From the NCBI GenBank assembly GCA_964057225.1, contig OZ059894.1:23312001-23376000 (forward strand): 64,000 nucleotides of DNA, read 5' to 3'. Positions 44,101-59,300 of this stretch are shown here, piece by piece. The notes under the pieces are model-generated. The model was given only the letters and a program-made list of their open reading frames with translations, was not told where the DNA came from and made no database searches. The translations under genes were made by a program, and so were the position numbers. This DNA is from Auanema rhodensis. Its lineage: Eukaryota; Animalia; Nematoda. Within the stretch, counting starts at the first letter, position 1, and each line of letters begins with the position of its first letter.

Positions 44101-47100
44101 TTTGAAATTTAAGTGAACTTTAATTTATGCTAATTAAATGTACACGTGATGTGCACTTGGTATGTAACTCGCTTCACGTGAAAGATAAAGAGATGCGGTT
44201 TTCAAAATTAGATTCCCCATGTCCATATTAGTCTAAAAACAAATTTTTATTGATATTGGTTCATGGTAACCATGACTTTGAAATTTACGTGAACTTTAAT
44301 TTATGCTAATTAAATGTACACGTGATGTGCACTTGGTATGTAACTCGCTTCACGTGAAAGATAAAGAGATGCGGTTTTCAAAATTAGATTCCCCATGTCC
44401 ATATTAGTCTAAAAACAAATTTTTATTGATATTGGTTCATGGTAACCATGACTTTGAAATTTACGTGAACTTTAATTTATGCTAATTAAATGTACACGTG
44501 ATGTGCACTTGGTATGTAACTCGCTTCACGTGAAAGATAAAGAGATGCGGTTTTCAAAATTAGATTCCCCATGTCCATATTAGTTTAAAAACAAATTTTT
44601 ATTGATATTGGTGCATGGTAACCATGACTTTGAAATTTACGTGAACTTTAATTTATGCTAATTAAATGTACACGTGATGTGCACTTGGTATGTAACTCGC
44701 TTCACGTGAAAGATAAAGAGATGCGGTTTTCAAAATTAGATTCCCCATGTCCATATTGGTCTAAAAACAAATTTTTATTGATATTGGTTCATGGTAACCA
44801 TGACTTTGAAATTTAAGTGAACTTTAATTTATGCTATTTAAATGTACACGTGATGTGCACTTGGTATGTAACTCGCTTCACGTGAAAGATAAAGAGATGC
44901 GGTTTTCAAAATTAGATTCCCCATGTCCATATTAGTCTAAAAACAAATTTTTATTGATATTGGTTCATGGTAACCATGACTTTGAAACTTACGTGAACTT
45001 TAATTTATGCTAATTAAATGTACACGTGATGTGCACTTGGTATGTAACTCGCTTCACGTGAAAGATAAAGAGATGCGGTTTTCAAAATTAGATTCCCCAT
45101 GTCCATATTAGTCTAAAAACAAATTTTTATTGATATTGGTGCATGGTAACCATGACTTTGAAATTTACGTGAACTTTAATTTATGCTAATTAAATGTACA
45201 CGTGATGTGCACTTGGTATGTAACTCGCTTCACGTGAAAGATAAAGAGATGCGGTTTTCAAAATTAGATTCCCCATGTCCATATTAGTCTAAAAACAAAT
45301 TTTTATTGATATTGGTTCATGGTAACCATGACTTTGAAATTTACGTGAACTTTAATTTATGCTAATTAAATGTACACGTGATGTGCACTTGGTATGTAAC
45401 TCGCTTCACGTGAAAGATAAAGAGATGCGGTTTTCAAAATTAGATTCCCCATGTCCATATTAGTTTAAAAACAAATTTTTATTGATATTGGTGCATGGTA
45501 ACCATGACTTTGAAATTTACGTGAACTTTAATTTATGCTAATTAAATGTACACGTGATGTGCACTTGGTATGTAACTCGCTTCACGTGAAAGATAAAGAG
45601 ATGCGGTTTTCAAAATTAGATTCCCCATGTTCATATTAGTCTAAAAACAAATTTTTATTGATATTGGTTCATGGTAACCATGACTTTGAAATTTACGTGA
45701 ACTTTAATTTATGCTAATTAAATGTACACGTGATGTGCACTTGGTATGTAACTCGCTTCACGTGAAAGATAAAGAGATGCGGTTTTCAAAATTAGATTCC
45801 CCATGTCCATATTAGTCTAAAAACAAATTTTTATTGATATTGGTTCATGGTAACCATGACTTTGAAATTTACGTGAACTTTAATTTATGCTAATTAAATG
45901 TACACGTGATGTGCACTTGGTATGTAACTCGCTTCACGTGAAAGATAAAGAGATGCGGTTTTCAAAATTAGATTTCCCATGTCCATATTAGTCTAAAAAC
46001 AAATTTTTATTGATATTGGTTCATGGTAACCATGACTTTGAAATTTACGTGAACTTTAATTTATGCTAATTAAATGTACACGTGATGTGCACTTGGTATG
46101 TAACTCGCTTCACGTGAAAGATAAAGAGATGCGGTTCTCAAAATTAGATTCCCCATGTCCATATTAGTTTAAAAACAAATTTTTATTGATATTGGTTGAT
46201 GGTAACCATGTCTTTGAAATTTACGTGAACTTTAATTTATGCTAATTAAATGTACACGTGATGTGCACTTGGTATGTAACTCGCTTCACGTGAAAGATAA
46301 AGAGATGCGATTTTCAAAATTAGATTCCCCATGTCGATATTAGTCTAAAAACAAATTTTTATTGATATTGGTGCATGGTAACCATGACTTTGAAATTTAC
46401 GTGAACTTTAATTTATGCTAATTAAATGTACACGTGATGTGCACTTGGTATGTAACTCGCTTCACGTGAAAGATAAAGAGATGCGGTTTTCAAATTTAGA
46501 TTTCCCATGTCCATATTAGTCTAAAAACAAATTTTTATTGATATTGGTTCATGGTAACCATGACTTTGAAATTTACGTGAACTTTAATTTATGCTAATTA
46601 AATGTACACGTGATGTGCACTTGGTATGTAACTCGCTTCACGTGAAAGATAAAGAGATGCGGTTTTCAAAATTGGATTCCCCATGTCCATATTAGTTTAA
46701 AAACAAATTTTTATTGATATTGGTTGATGGTAACCATGTCTTTGAAATTTACGTGAACTTTAATTTATGCTAATTAAATGTACACGTGATGTGCACTTGG
46801 TATGTAACTCGCTTCACGTGAAAGATAAAGAGATGCGATTTTCAAAATTAGATTCCCCATGTCCATATTAGTCTAAAAACAAATTTTTATTGATATTGGT
46901 GCATGGTAACCATGACTTTGAAATTTACGTGAACTTTAATTTATGCTAATTAAATGTACACGTGATGTGCACTTGGTATGTAACTCGCTTCACGTGAAAG
47001 ATAAAGAGATGCGGTTTTCAAAATTAGATTCCCCATGTCCATATTAGTCTAAAAACAAATTTTTATTGATATTGGTTCATGGTAACCATGACTTTGAAAT

Positions 47101-50100
47101 TTACGTGAACTTTAATTTATGCTAATTAAATGTACACGTGATGTGCACTTGGTATGTAACTCGCTTCACGTGAAAGATAAAGAGATGCGGTTTTCAAAAT
47201 TAGATTCCCCATGTCCATATTAGTTCAAAAACAAATTTTTATTGATATTGGTGCATGGTAACCATGACTTTGAAATTTACGTGAACTTTAATTTATGCTA
47301 ATTAAATGTACACGTGATGTGCACTTGGTATGTAACTCGCTTCACGTGAAAGATAAAGAGATGCGGTTTTCGAAGTTAGATTCCCCATGTCCATATTAGT
47401 CTAAAAACAAATTTTTATTGATATTGGTGCATGGTAACCATGACTTTGAAATTTACGTGAACTTTAATTTATGCTAATTAAATGTACACGTGATGTGCAC
47501 TTGGTATGTAACTCGCTTCACGTGAAAGATAAAGAGATGCGGTTTTCAAAATTAGATTCCTCATGTCCATATTAGTTTAAAAACAAATTTTTATTGATAT
47601 TGGTTGATGGTAACCATGTCTTTGAAATTTACGTGAACTTTAATTTATGCTAATTAAATGTACACGTGATGTGCACTTGGTATGTAACTCGCTTCACGTG
47701 AAAGATAAAGAGATGCGGTTTTCAAAATTAGATTCCCCATGTCCATATTAGTCTAAAAACAAATTTTTATTGATATTGGTGCATGGTAACCATGACTTTG
47801 AAATTTACGTGAACTTTAATTTATGCTAATTAAATGTACACGTGATGTGCACTTGGTATGTAACTCGCTTCACGTGAAAGATAAAGAGATGCGGTTTTCA
47901 AAATTAGATTCCCCATGTCCATATTAGTCTAAAAACAAATTTTTATTGATATTGGTTCATGGTAACCATGTCTTTGAAATTTACGTGAACTTTAATTTAT
48001 GCTAATTAAATGTACACGTGATGTGCACTTGGTATGTAACTCGCTTCACGTGAAAGATAAAGAGATGCGGTTTTCAAAATTAGATTCCCCATGTCCATAT
48101 TGGTCTAAAAACAAATTTTTATTGATATTGGTTCATGGTAACCATGACTTTGAAATTTAAGTGAACTTTAATTTATGCTAATTAAATGTACACGTGATGT
48201 GCACTTGGTATGTAACTCGCTTCACGTGAAAGATAAAGAGATGCGGTTTTCAAAATTAGATTCCCCATGTCCATATTAGTCTAAAAACAAATTTTTATTG
48301 ATATTGGTTCATGGTAACCATGACTTTGAAATTTACGTGAACTTTAATTTATGCTAATTAAATGTACACGTGATGTGCACTTGGTATGTAACTCGCTTCA
48401 CGTGAAAGATAAAGAGATGCGGTTTTCAAAATTAGATTCCCCATGTCCATATTAGTCTAAAAACAAATTTTTATTGATATTGGTTCATGGTAACCATGAC
48501 TTTGAAATTTACGTGAACTTTAATTTATGCTAATTAAATGTACACGTGATGTGCACTTGGTATGTAACTCGCTTCACGTGAAAGATAAAGAGATGCGGTT
48601 TTCAAAATTAGATTCCCCATGTCCATATTAGTTTAAAAACAAATTTTTATTGATATTGGTGCATGGTAACCATGACTTTGAAATTTACGTGAACTTTAAT
48701 TTATGCTAATTAAATGTACACGTGATGTGCACTTGGTATGTAACTCGCTTCACGTGAAAGATAAAGAGATGCGGTTTTCAAAATTAGATTCCCCATGTCC
48801 ATATTGGTCTAAAAACAAAATTTTATTGATATTGGTTCATGGTAACCATGACTTTGAAATTTAAGTGAACTTTAATTTATGCTATTTAAATGTACACGTG
48901 ATGTGCACTTGGTATGTAACTCGCTTCACGTGAAAGATAAAGAGATGCGGTTTTCAAAATTAGATTCCCCATGTCCATATTAGTCTAAAAACAAATTTTT
49001 ATTGATATTGGTTCATGGTAACCATGACTTTGAAACTTACGTGAACTTTAATTTATGCTAATTAAATGTACACGTGATGTGCACTTGGTATGTAACTCGC
49101 TTCACGTGAAAGATAAAGAGATGCGGTTTTCAAAATTAGATTCCCCATGTCCATATTAGTCTAAAAACAAATTTTTATTGATATTGGTGCATGGTAACCA
49201 TGACTTTGAAATTTACGTGAACTTTAATTTATGCTAATTAAATGTACACGTGATGTGCACTTGGTATGTAACTCGCTTCACGTGAAAGATAAAGAGATGC
49301 GGTTTTCAAAATTAGATTCCCCATGTCCATATTAAACTAAAAACAAATTTTTATTGATATTGGTTCATGGTAACCATGACTTTGAAATTTACGTGAACTT
49401 TAATTTATGCTAATTAAATGTACACGTGATGTGCACTTGGTATGTAACTCGCTTCACGTGAAAGATAAAGAGATGCGGTTTTCAAAATTAGATTCCCCAT
49501 GTCCATATTAGTCTAAAAACAAATTTTTATTGATATTGGTTCATGGTAACCATGACTTTGAAATTTACGTGAACTTTAATTTATGCTAATTAAATGTACA
49601 CGTGATGTGCACTTGGTATGTAACTCGCTTCACGTGAAAGATAAAGAGATGCGGTTTTCAAAATTAGATTCCCCATGTCCATATTAGTTTAAAAACAAAT
49701 TTTTATTGATATTGGTGCATGGTAACCATGACTTTGAAATTTACGTGAACTTTAATTTATGCTAATTAAATGTACACGTGATGTGCACTTGGTATGTAAC
49801 TCGCTTCACGTGAAAGATAAAGAGATGCGGTTTTCAAAATTAGATTCCCCATGTTCATATTAGTCTAAAAACAAATTTTTATTGATATTGGTTCATGGTA
49901 ACCATGACTTTGAAATTTACGTGAACTTTAATTTATGCTAATTAAATGTACACGTGATGTGCACTTGGTATGTAACTCGCTTCACGTGAAAGATAAAGAG
50001 ATGCGGTTTTCAAAATTAGATTCCCCATGTCCATATTAGTCTAAAAACAAATTTTTATTGATATTGGTGCATGGTAACCATGACTTTGAAATTTACGTGA

Positions 50101-52400
50101 ACTTTAATTTATGCTAATTAAATGTACACGTGATGTGCACTTGGTATGTAACTCGCTTCACGTGAAAGATAAAGAGATGCGGTTTTCAAAATTAGATTTC
50201 CCATGTCCATATTAGTCTAAAAACAAATTTTTATTGATATTGGTTCATGGTAACCATGACTTTGAAATTTACGTGAACTTTAATTTATGCTAATTAAATG
50301 TACACGTGATGTGCACTTGGTATGTAACTCGCTTCACGTGAAAGATAAAGAGATGCGGTTCTCAAAATTAGATTCCCCATGTCCATATTAGTTTAAAAAC
50401 AAATTTTTATTGATATTGGTTGATGGTAACCATGACTTTGAAATTTACGTGAACTTTAATTTATGCTAATTAAATGTACACGTGATGTGCACTTGGTATG
50501 TAACTCGCTTCACGTGAAAGATAAAGAGATGCGGTTTTCAAAATTAGATTCCTCATGTCCATATTAGTTTAAAAACAAATTTTTATTGATATTGGTTGAT
50601 GGTAACCATGTCTTTGAAATTTACGTGAACTTTAATTTATGCTAATTAAATGTACACGTGATGTGCACTTGGTATGTAACTCGCTTCACGTGAAAGATAA
50701 AGAGATGCGGTTTTCAAAATTAGATTCCCCATGTCCATATTAGTCTAAAAACAAATTTTTATTGATATTGGTGCATGGTAACCATGACTTTGAAATTTAC
50801 GTGAACTTTAATTTATGCTAATTAAATGTACACGTGATGTGCACTTGGTATGTAACTCGCTTCACGTGAAAGATAAAGAGATGCGGTTTTCAAAATTAGA
50901 TTCCCCATGTCCATATTAGTCTAAAAACAAATTTTTATTGATATTGGTTCATGGTAACCATGTCTTTGAAATTTACGTGAACTTTAATTTATGCTAATTA
51001 AATGTACACGTGATGTGCACTTGGTATGTAACTCGCTTCACGTGAAAGATAAAGAGATGCGGTTTTCAAAATTAGATTCCCCATGTCCATATTGGTCTAA
51101 AAACAAATTTTTATTGATATTGGTTCATGGTAACCATGACTTTGAAATTTAAGTGAACTTTAATTTATGCTAATTAAATGTACACGTGATGTGCACTTGG
51201 TATGTAACTCGCTTCACGTGAAAGATAAAGAGATGCGGTTTTCAAAATTAGATTCCCCATGTCCATATTAGTCTAAAAACAAATTTTTATTGATATTGGT
51301 TCATGGTAACCATGACTTTGAAATTTACGTGAACTTTAATTTATGCTAATTAAATGTACACGTGATGTGCACTTGGTATGTAACTCGCTTCACGTGAAAG
51401 ATAAAGAGATGCGGTTTTCAAAATTAGATTCCCCATGTCCATATTAGTCTAAAAACAAATTTTTATTGATATTGGTTCATGGTAACCATGACTTTGAAAT
51501 TTACGTGAACTTTAATTTATGCTAATTAAATGTACACGTGATGTGCACTTGGTATGTAACTCGCTTCACGTGAAAGATAAAGAGATGCGGTTTTCAAAAT
51601 TAGATTCCCCATGTCCATATTAGTTTAAAAACAAATTTTTATTGATATTGGTGCATGGTAACCATGACTTTGAAATTTACGTGAACTTTAATTTATGCTA
51701 ATTAAATGTACACGTGATGTGCACTTGGTATGTAACTCGCTTCACGTGAAAGATAAAGAGATGCGGTTTTCAAAATTAGATTCCCCATGTCCATATTGGT
51801 CTAAAAACAAATTTTTATTGATATTGGTTCATGGTAACCATGACTTTGAAATTTAAGTGAACTTTAATTTATGCTATTTAAATGTACACGTGATGTGCAC
51901 TTGGTATGTAACTCGCTTCACGTGAAAGATAAAGAGATGCGGTTTTCAAAATTAGATTCCCCATGTCCATATTAGTCTAAAAACAAATTTTTATTGATAT
52001 TGGTTCATGGTAACCATGACTTTGAAACTTACGTGAACTTTAATTTATGCTAATTAAATGTACACGTGATGTGCACTTGGTATGTAACTCGCTTCACGTG
52101 AAAGATAAAGAGATGCGGTTTTCAAAATTAGATTCCCCATGTCCATATTAGTCTAAAAACAAATTTTTATTGATATTGGTGCATGGTAACCATGACTTTG
52201 AAATTTACGTGAACTTTAATTTATGCTAATTAAATGTACACGTGATGTGCACTTGGTATGTAACTCGCTTCACGTGAAAGATAAAGAGATGCGGTTTTCA
52301 AAATTAGATTCCCCATGTCCATATTAGTCTAAAAACAAATTTTTATTGATATTGGTTCATGGTAACCATGACTTTGAAATTTACGTGAACTTTAATTTAT
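38200..52400 (+). repeat. Near-identical tandem duplication of a 40-monomer (7040 bp) unit (approximate bounds)
   Basis: CGAAGTT at 40331 and 47371; ACAAAATTTT at 41771 and 48811; ATTAAACTAA at 42291 and 49331; chimeric GTTGAT..CATGAC at 43382 and 50422. All offsets are 7040. Confidence 0.9.
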
Positions 52401-52799
52401 GCTAATTAAATGTACACGTGATGTGCACTTGGTATGTAACTCGCTTCACGTGAAAGATAAAGAGATGCGGTTTTCAAAATTAGATTCCCCATGTCCATAT
52501 TAGTCTAAAAACAAATTTTTATTGATATTGGTTCATGGTAACCATGACTTTGAAATTTACGTGAACTTTAATTTATGCTAATTAAATGTACACGTGATGT
52601 GCACTTGGTATGTAACTCGCTTCACGTGAAAGATAAAGAGATGCGGTTTTCAAAATTAGATTCCCCATGTCCATATTAGTTTAAAAACAAATTTTTATTG
52701 ATATTGGTGCATGGTAACCATGACTTTGAAATTTACGTGAACTTTAATTTATGCTAATTAAATGTACACGTGATGTGCACTTGGTATGTAACTCGCTTC

Positions 52800-55700
52800 A
52801 CGTGAAAGATAAAGAGATGCGGTTTTCAAAATTAGATTCCCCATGTTCATATTAGTCTAAAAACAAATTTTTATTGATATTGGTTCATGGTAACCATGAC
52901 TTTGAAATTTACGTGAACTTTAATTTATGCTAATTAAATGTACACGTGATGTGCACTTGGTATGTAACTCGCTTCACGTGAAAGATAAAGAGATGCGGTT
53001 TTCAAAATTAGATTCCCCATGTCCATATTAGTCTAAAAACAAATTTTTATTGATATTGGTGCATGGTAACCATGACTTTGAAATTTACGTGAACTTTAAT
53101 TTATGCTAATTAAATGTACACGTGATGTGCACTTGGTATGTAACTCGCTTCACGTGAAAGATAAAGAGATGCGGTTTTCAAAATTAGATTTCCCATGTCC
53201 ATATTAGTCTAAAAACAAATTTTTATTGATATTGGTTCATGGTAACCATGACTTTGAAATTTACGTGAACTTTAATTTATGCTAATTAAATGTACACGTG
53301 ATGTGCACTTGGTATGTAACTCGCTTCACGTGAAAGATAAAGAGATGCGGTTCTCAAAATTAGATTCCCCATGTCCATATTAGTTTAAAAACAAATTTTT
53401 ATTGATATTGGTTGATGGTAACCATGTCTTTGAAATTTACGTGAACTTTAATTTATGCTAATTAAATGTACACGTGATGTGCACTTGGTATGTAACTCGC
53501 TTCACGTGAAAGATAAAGAGATGCGATTTTCAAAATTAGATTCCCCATGTCGATATTAGTCTAAAAACAAATTTTTATTGATATTGGTGCATGGTAACCA
53601 TGACTTTGAAATTTACGTGAACTTTAATTTATGCTAATTAAATGTACACGTGATGTGCACTTGGTATGTAACTCGCTTCACGTGAAAGATAAAGAGATGC
53701 GGTTTTCAAAATTAGATTCCCCATGTCCATATTAGTTTAAAAACAAATTTTTATTGATATTGGTGCATGGTAACCATGACTTTGAAATTTACGTGAACTT
53801 TAATTTATGCTAATTAAATGTACACGTGATGTGCACTTGGTATGTAACTCGCTTCACGTGAAAGATAAAGAGATGCGGTTTTCAAAATTAGATTCCCCAT
53901 GTTCATATTAGTCTAAAAACAAATTTTTATTGATATTGGTTCATGGTAACCATGACTTTGAAATTTACGTGAACTTTAATTTATGCTAATTAAATGTACA
54001 CGTGATGTGCACTTGGTATGTAACTCGCTTCACGTGAAAGATAAAGAGATGCGGTTTTCAAAATTAGATTCCCCATGTCCATATTAGTCTAAAAACAAAT
54101 TTTTATTGATATTGGTGCATGGTAACCATGACTTTGAAATTTACGTGAACTTTAATTTATGCTAATTAAATGTACACGTGATGTGCACTTGGTATGTAAC
54201 TCGCTTCACGTGAAAGATAAAGAGATGCGGTTTTTAAAATTAGATTTCCCATGTCCATATTAGTCTAAAAACAAATTTTTATTGATATTGGTTCATGGTA
54301 ACCATGACTTTGAAATTTACGTGAACTTTAATTTATGCTAATTAAATGTACACGTGATGTGCACTTGGTATGTAACTCGCTTCACGTGAAAGATAAAGAG
54401 ATGCGGTTTTCAAAATTGGATTCCCCATGTCCATATTAGTTTAAAAACAAATTTTTATTGATATTGGTTGATGGTAACCATGTCTTTGAAATTTACGTGA
54501 ACTTTAATTTATGCTAATTAAATGTACACGTGATGTGCACTTGGTATGTAACTCGCTTCACGTGAAAGATAAAGAGATGCGATTTTCAAAATTAGATTCC
54601 CCATGTCCATATTAGTCTAAAAACAAATTTTTATTGATATTGGTGCATGGTAACCATGACTTTGAAATTTACGTGAACTTTAATTTATGCTAATTAAATG
54701 TACACGTGATGTGCACTTGGTATGTAACTCGCTTCACGTGAAAGATAAAGAGATGCGGTTTTCAAAATTAGATTCCCCATGTCCATATTAGTCTAAAAAC
54801 AAATTTTTATTGATATTGGTTCATGGTAACCATGACTTTGAAATTTACGTGAACTTTAATTTATGCTAATTAAATGTACACGTGATGTGCACTTGGTATG
54901 TAACTCGCTTCACGTGAAAGATAAAGAGATGCGGTTTTCAAAATTAGATTCCCCATGTCCATATTAGTTCAAAAACAAATTTTTATTGATATTGGTGCAT
55001 GGTAACCATGACTTTGAAATTTACGTGAACTTTAATTTATGCTAATTAAATGTACACGTGATGTGCACTTGGTATGTAACTCGCTTCACGTGAAAGATAA
55101 AGAGATGCGGTTTTCGAAGTTAGATTCCCCATGTCCATATTAGTCTAAAAACAAATTTTTATTGATATTGGTGCATGGTAACCATGACTTTGAAATTTAC
55201 GTGAACTTTAATTTATGCTAATTAAATGAACACGTGATGTGCACTTGGTATGTAACTCGCTTCACGTGAAAGATAAAGAGATGCGGTTTTCAAAATTAGA
55301 TTCCTCATGTCCATATTAGTTTAAAAACAAATTTTTATTGATATTGGTTGATGGTAACCATGTCTTTGAAATTTACGTGAACTTTAATTTATGCTAATTA
55401 AATGTACACGTGATGTGCACTTGGTATGTAACTCGCTTCACGTGAAAGATAAAGAGATGCGGTTTTCAAAATTAGATTCCCCATGTCCATATTAGTCTAA
55501 AAACAAATTTTTATTGATATTGGTGCATGGTAACCATGACTTTGAAATTTACGTGAACTTTAATTTATGCTAATTAAATGTACACGTGATGTGCACTTGG
55601 TATGTAACTCGCTTCACGTGAAAGATAAAGAGATGCGGTTTTCAAAATTAGATTCCCCATGTCCATATTAGTCTAAAAACAAATTTTTATTGATATTGGT

Positions 55701-58700
55701 TCATGGTAACCATGTCTTTGAAATTTACGTGAACTTTAATTTATGCTAATTAAATGTACACGTGATGTGCACTTGGTATGTAACTCGCTTCACGTGAAAG
55801 ATAAAGAGATGCGGTTTTCAAAATTAGATTCCCCATGTTCATATTAGTCTAAAAACAAATTTTTATTGATATTGGTTCATGGTAACCATGACTTTGAAAT
55901 TTACGTGAACTTTAATTTATGCTAATTAAATGTACACGTGATGTGCACTTGGTATGTAACTCGCTTCACGTGAAAGATAAAGAGATGCGGTTTTCAAAAT
56001 TAGATTCCCCATGTCCATATTAGTCTAAAAACAAATTTTTATTGATATTGGTGCATGGTAACCATGACTTTGAAATTTACGTGAACTTTAATTTATGCTA
56101 ATTAAATGTACACGTGATGTGCACTTGGTATGTAACTCGCTTCACGTGAAAGATAAAGAGATGCGGTTTTCAAAATTAGATTTCCCATGTCCATATTAGT
56201 CTAAAAACAAATTTTTATTGATATTGGTTCATGGTAACCATGACTTTGAAATTTACGTGAACTTTAATTTATGCTAATTAAATGTACACGTGATGTGCAC
56301 TTGGTATGTAACTCGCTTCACGTGAAAGATAAAGAGATGCGGTTCTCAAAATTAGATTCCCCATGTCCATATTAGTTTAAAAACAAATTTTTATTGATAT
56401 TGGTTGATGGTAACCATGTCTTTGAAATTTACGTGAACTTTAATTTATGCTAATTAAATGTACACGTGATGTGCACTTGGTATGTAACTCGCTTCACGTG
56501 AAAGATAAAGAGATGCGATTTTCAAAATTAGATTCCCCATGTCGATATTAGTCTAAAAACAAATTTTTATTGATATTGGTTCATGGTAACCATGTCTTTG
56601 AAATTTACGTGAACTTTAATTTATGCTAATTAAATGTACACGTGATGTGCACTTGGTATGTAACTCGCTTCACGTGAAAGATAAAGAGATGCGGTTTTCA
56701 AAATTAGATTCCCCATGTTCATATTAGTCTAAAAACAAATTTTTATTGATATTGGTTCATGGTAACCATGACTTTGAAATTTACGTGAACTTTAATTTAT
56801 GCTAATTAAATGTACACGTGATGTGCACTTGGTATGTAACTCGCTTCACGTGAAAGATAAAGAGATGCGGTTTTCAAAATTAGATTCCCCATGTCCATAT
56901 TAGTCTAAAAACAAATTTTTATTGATATTGGTGCATGGTAACCATGACTTTGAAATTTACGTGAACTTTAATTTATGCTAATTAAATGTACACGTGATGT
57001 GCACTTGGTATGTAACTCGCTTCACGTGAAAGATAAAGAGATGCGGTTTTCAAAATTAGATTCCCCATGTCCATATTAGTCTAAAAACAAATTTTTATTG
57101 ATATTGGTTCATGGTAACCATGTCTTTGAAATTTACGTGAACTTTAATTTATGCTAATTAAATGTACACGTGATGTGCACTTGGTATGTAACTCGCTTCA
57201 CGTGAAAGATAAAGAGATGCGGTTTTCAAAATTAGATTCCCCATGTTCATATTAGTCTAAAAACAAATTTTTATTGATATTGGTTCATGGTAACCATGAC
57301 TTTGAAATTTACGTGAACTTTAATTTATGCTAATTAAATGTACACGTGATGTGCACTTGGTATGTAACTCGCTTCACGTGAAAGATAAAGAGATGCGGTT
57401 TTCAAAATTAGATTCCCCATGTCCATATTAGTCTAAAAACAAATTTTTATTGATATTGGTGCATGGTAACCATGACTTTGAAATTTACGTGAACTTTAAT
57501 TTATGCTAATTAAATGTACACGTGATGTGCACTTGGTATGTAACTCGCTTCACGTGAAAGATAAAGAGATGCGGTTTTCAAAATTAGATTTCCCATGTCC
57601 ATATTAGTCTAAAAACAAATTTTTATTGATATTGGTTCATGGTAACCATGACTTTGAAATTTACGTGAACTTTAATTTATGCTAATTAAATGTACACGTG
57701 ATGTGCACTTGGTATGTAACTCGCTTCACGTGAAAGATAAAGAGATGCGGTTCTCAAAATTAGATTCCCCATGTCCATATTAGTTTAAAAACAAATTTTT
57801 ATTGATATTGGTTGATGGTAACCATGTCTTTGAAATTTACGTGAACTTTAATTTATGCTAATTAAATGTACACGTGATGTGCACTTGGTATGTAACTCGC
57901 TTCACGTGAAAGATAAAGAGATGCGATTTTCAAAATTAGATTCCCCATGTCGATATTAGTCTAAAAACAAATTTTTATTGATATTGGTGCATGGTAACCA
58001 TGACTTTGAAATTTACGTGAACTTTAATTTATGCTAATTAAATGTACACGTGATGTGCACGTGGTATGTAACTCGCTTCACGTGAAAGATAAAGAGATGC
58101 GGTTTTCAAAATTAGATTCCCCATGTCCATATTAGTTTAAAAACAAATTTTTATTGATATTGGTGCATGGTAACCATGACTTTGAAATTTACGTGAACTT
58201 TAATTTATGCTAATTAAATGTACACGTGATGTGCACTTGGTATGTAACTCGCTTCACGTGAAAGATAAAGAGATGCGGTTTTCAAAATTAGATTCCCCAT
58301 GTTCATATTAGTCTAAAAACAAATTTTTATTGATATTGGTTCATGGTAACCATGACTTTGAAATTTACGTGAACTTTAATTTATGCTAATTAAATGTACA
58401 CGTGATGTGCACTTGGTATGTAACTCGCTTCACGTGAAAGATAAAGAGATGCGGTTTTCAAAATTAGATTCCCCATGTCCATATTAGTCTAAAAACAAAT
58501 TTTTATTGATATTGGTGCATGGTAACCATGACTTTGAAATTTACGTGAACTTTAATTTATGCTAATTAAATGTACACGTGATGTGCACTTGGTATGTAAC
58601 TCGCTTCACGTGAAAGATAAAGAGATGCGGTTTTTAAAATTAGATTTCCCATGTCCATATTAGTCTAAAAACAAATTTTTATTGATATTGGTTCATGGTA

Positions 58701-59300
58701 ACCATGACTTTGAAATTTACGTGAACTTTAATTTATGCTAATTAAATGTACACGTGATGTGCACTTGGTATGTAACTCGCTTCACGTGAAAGATAAAGAG
58801 ATGCGGTTTTCAAAATTGGATTCCCCATGTCCATATTAGTTTAAAAACAAATTTTTATTGATATTGGTTGATGGTAACCATGTCTTTGAAATTTACGTGA
58901 ACTTTAATTTATGCTAATTAAATGTACACGTGATGTGCACTTGGTATGTAACTCGCTTCACGTGAAAGATAAAGAGATGCGATTTTCAAAATTAGATTCC
59001 CCATGTCCATATTAGTCTAAAAACAAATTTTTATTGATATTGGTGCATGGTAACCATGACTTTGAAATTTACGTGAACTTTAATTTATGCTAATTAAATG
59101 TACACGTGATGTGCACTTGGTATGTAACTCGCTTCACGTGAAAGATAAAGAGATGCGGTTTTCAAAATTAGATTCCCCATGTCCATATTAGTCTAAAAAC
59201 AAATTTTTATTGATATTGGTTCATGGTAACCATGACTTTGAAATTTACGTGAACTTTAATTTATGCTAATTAAATGTACACGTGATGTGCACTTGGTATG
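52800..59300 (+). repeat. Block repeated at a 25-monomer (4400 bp) offset (approximate bounds)
   Basis: GGTTTTTAAAAT variant only seen at 54235 and 58635, with the same order of flanking variant monomers. Confidence 0.75.
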
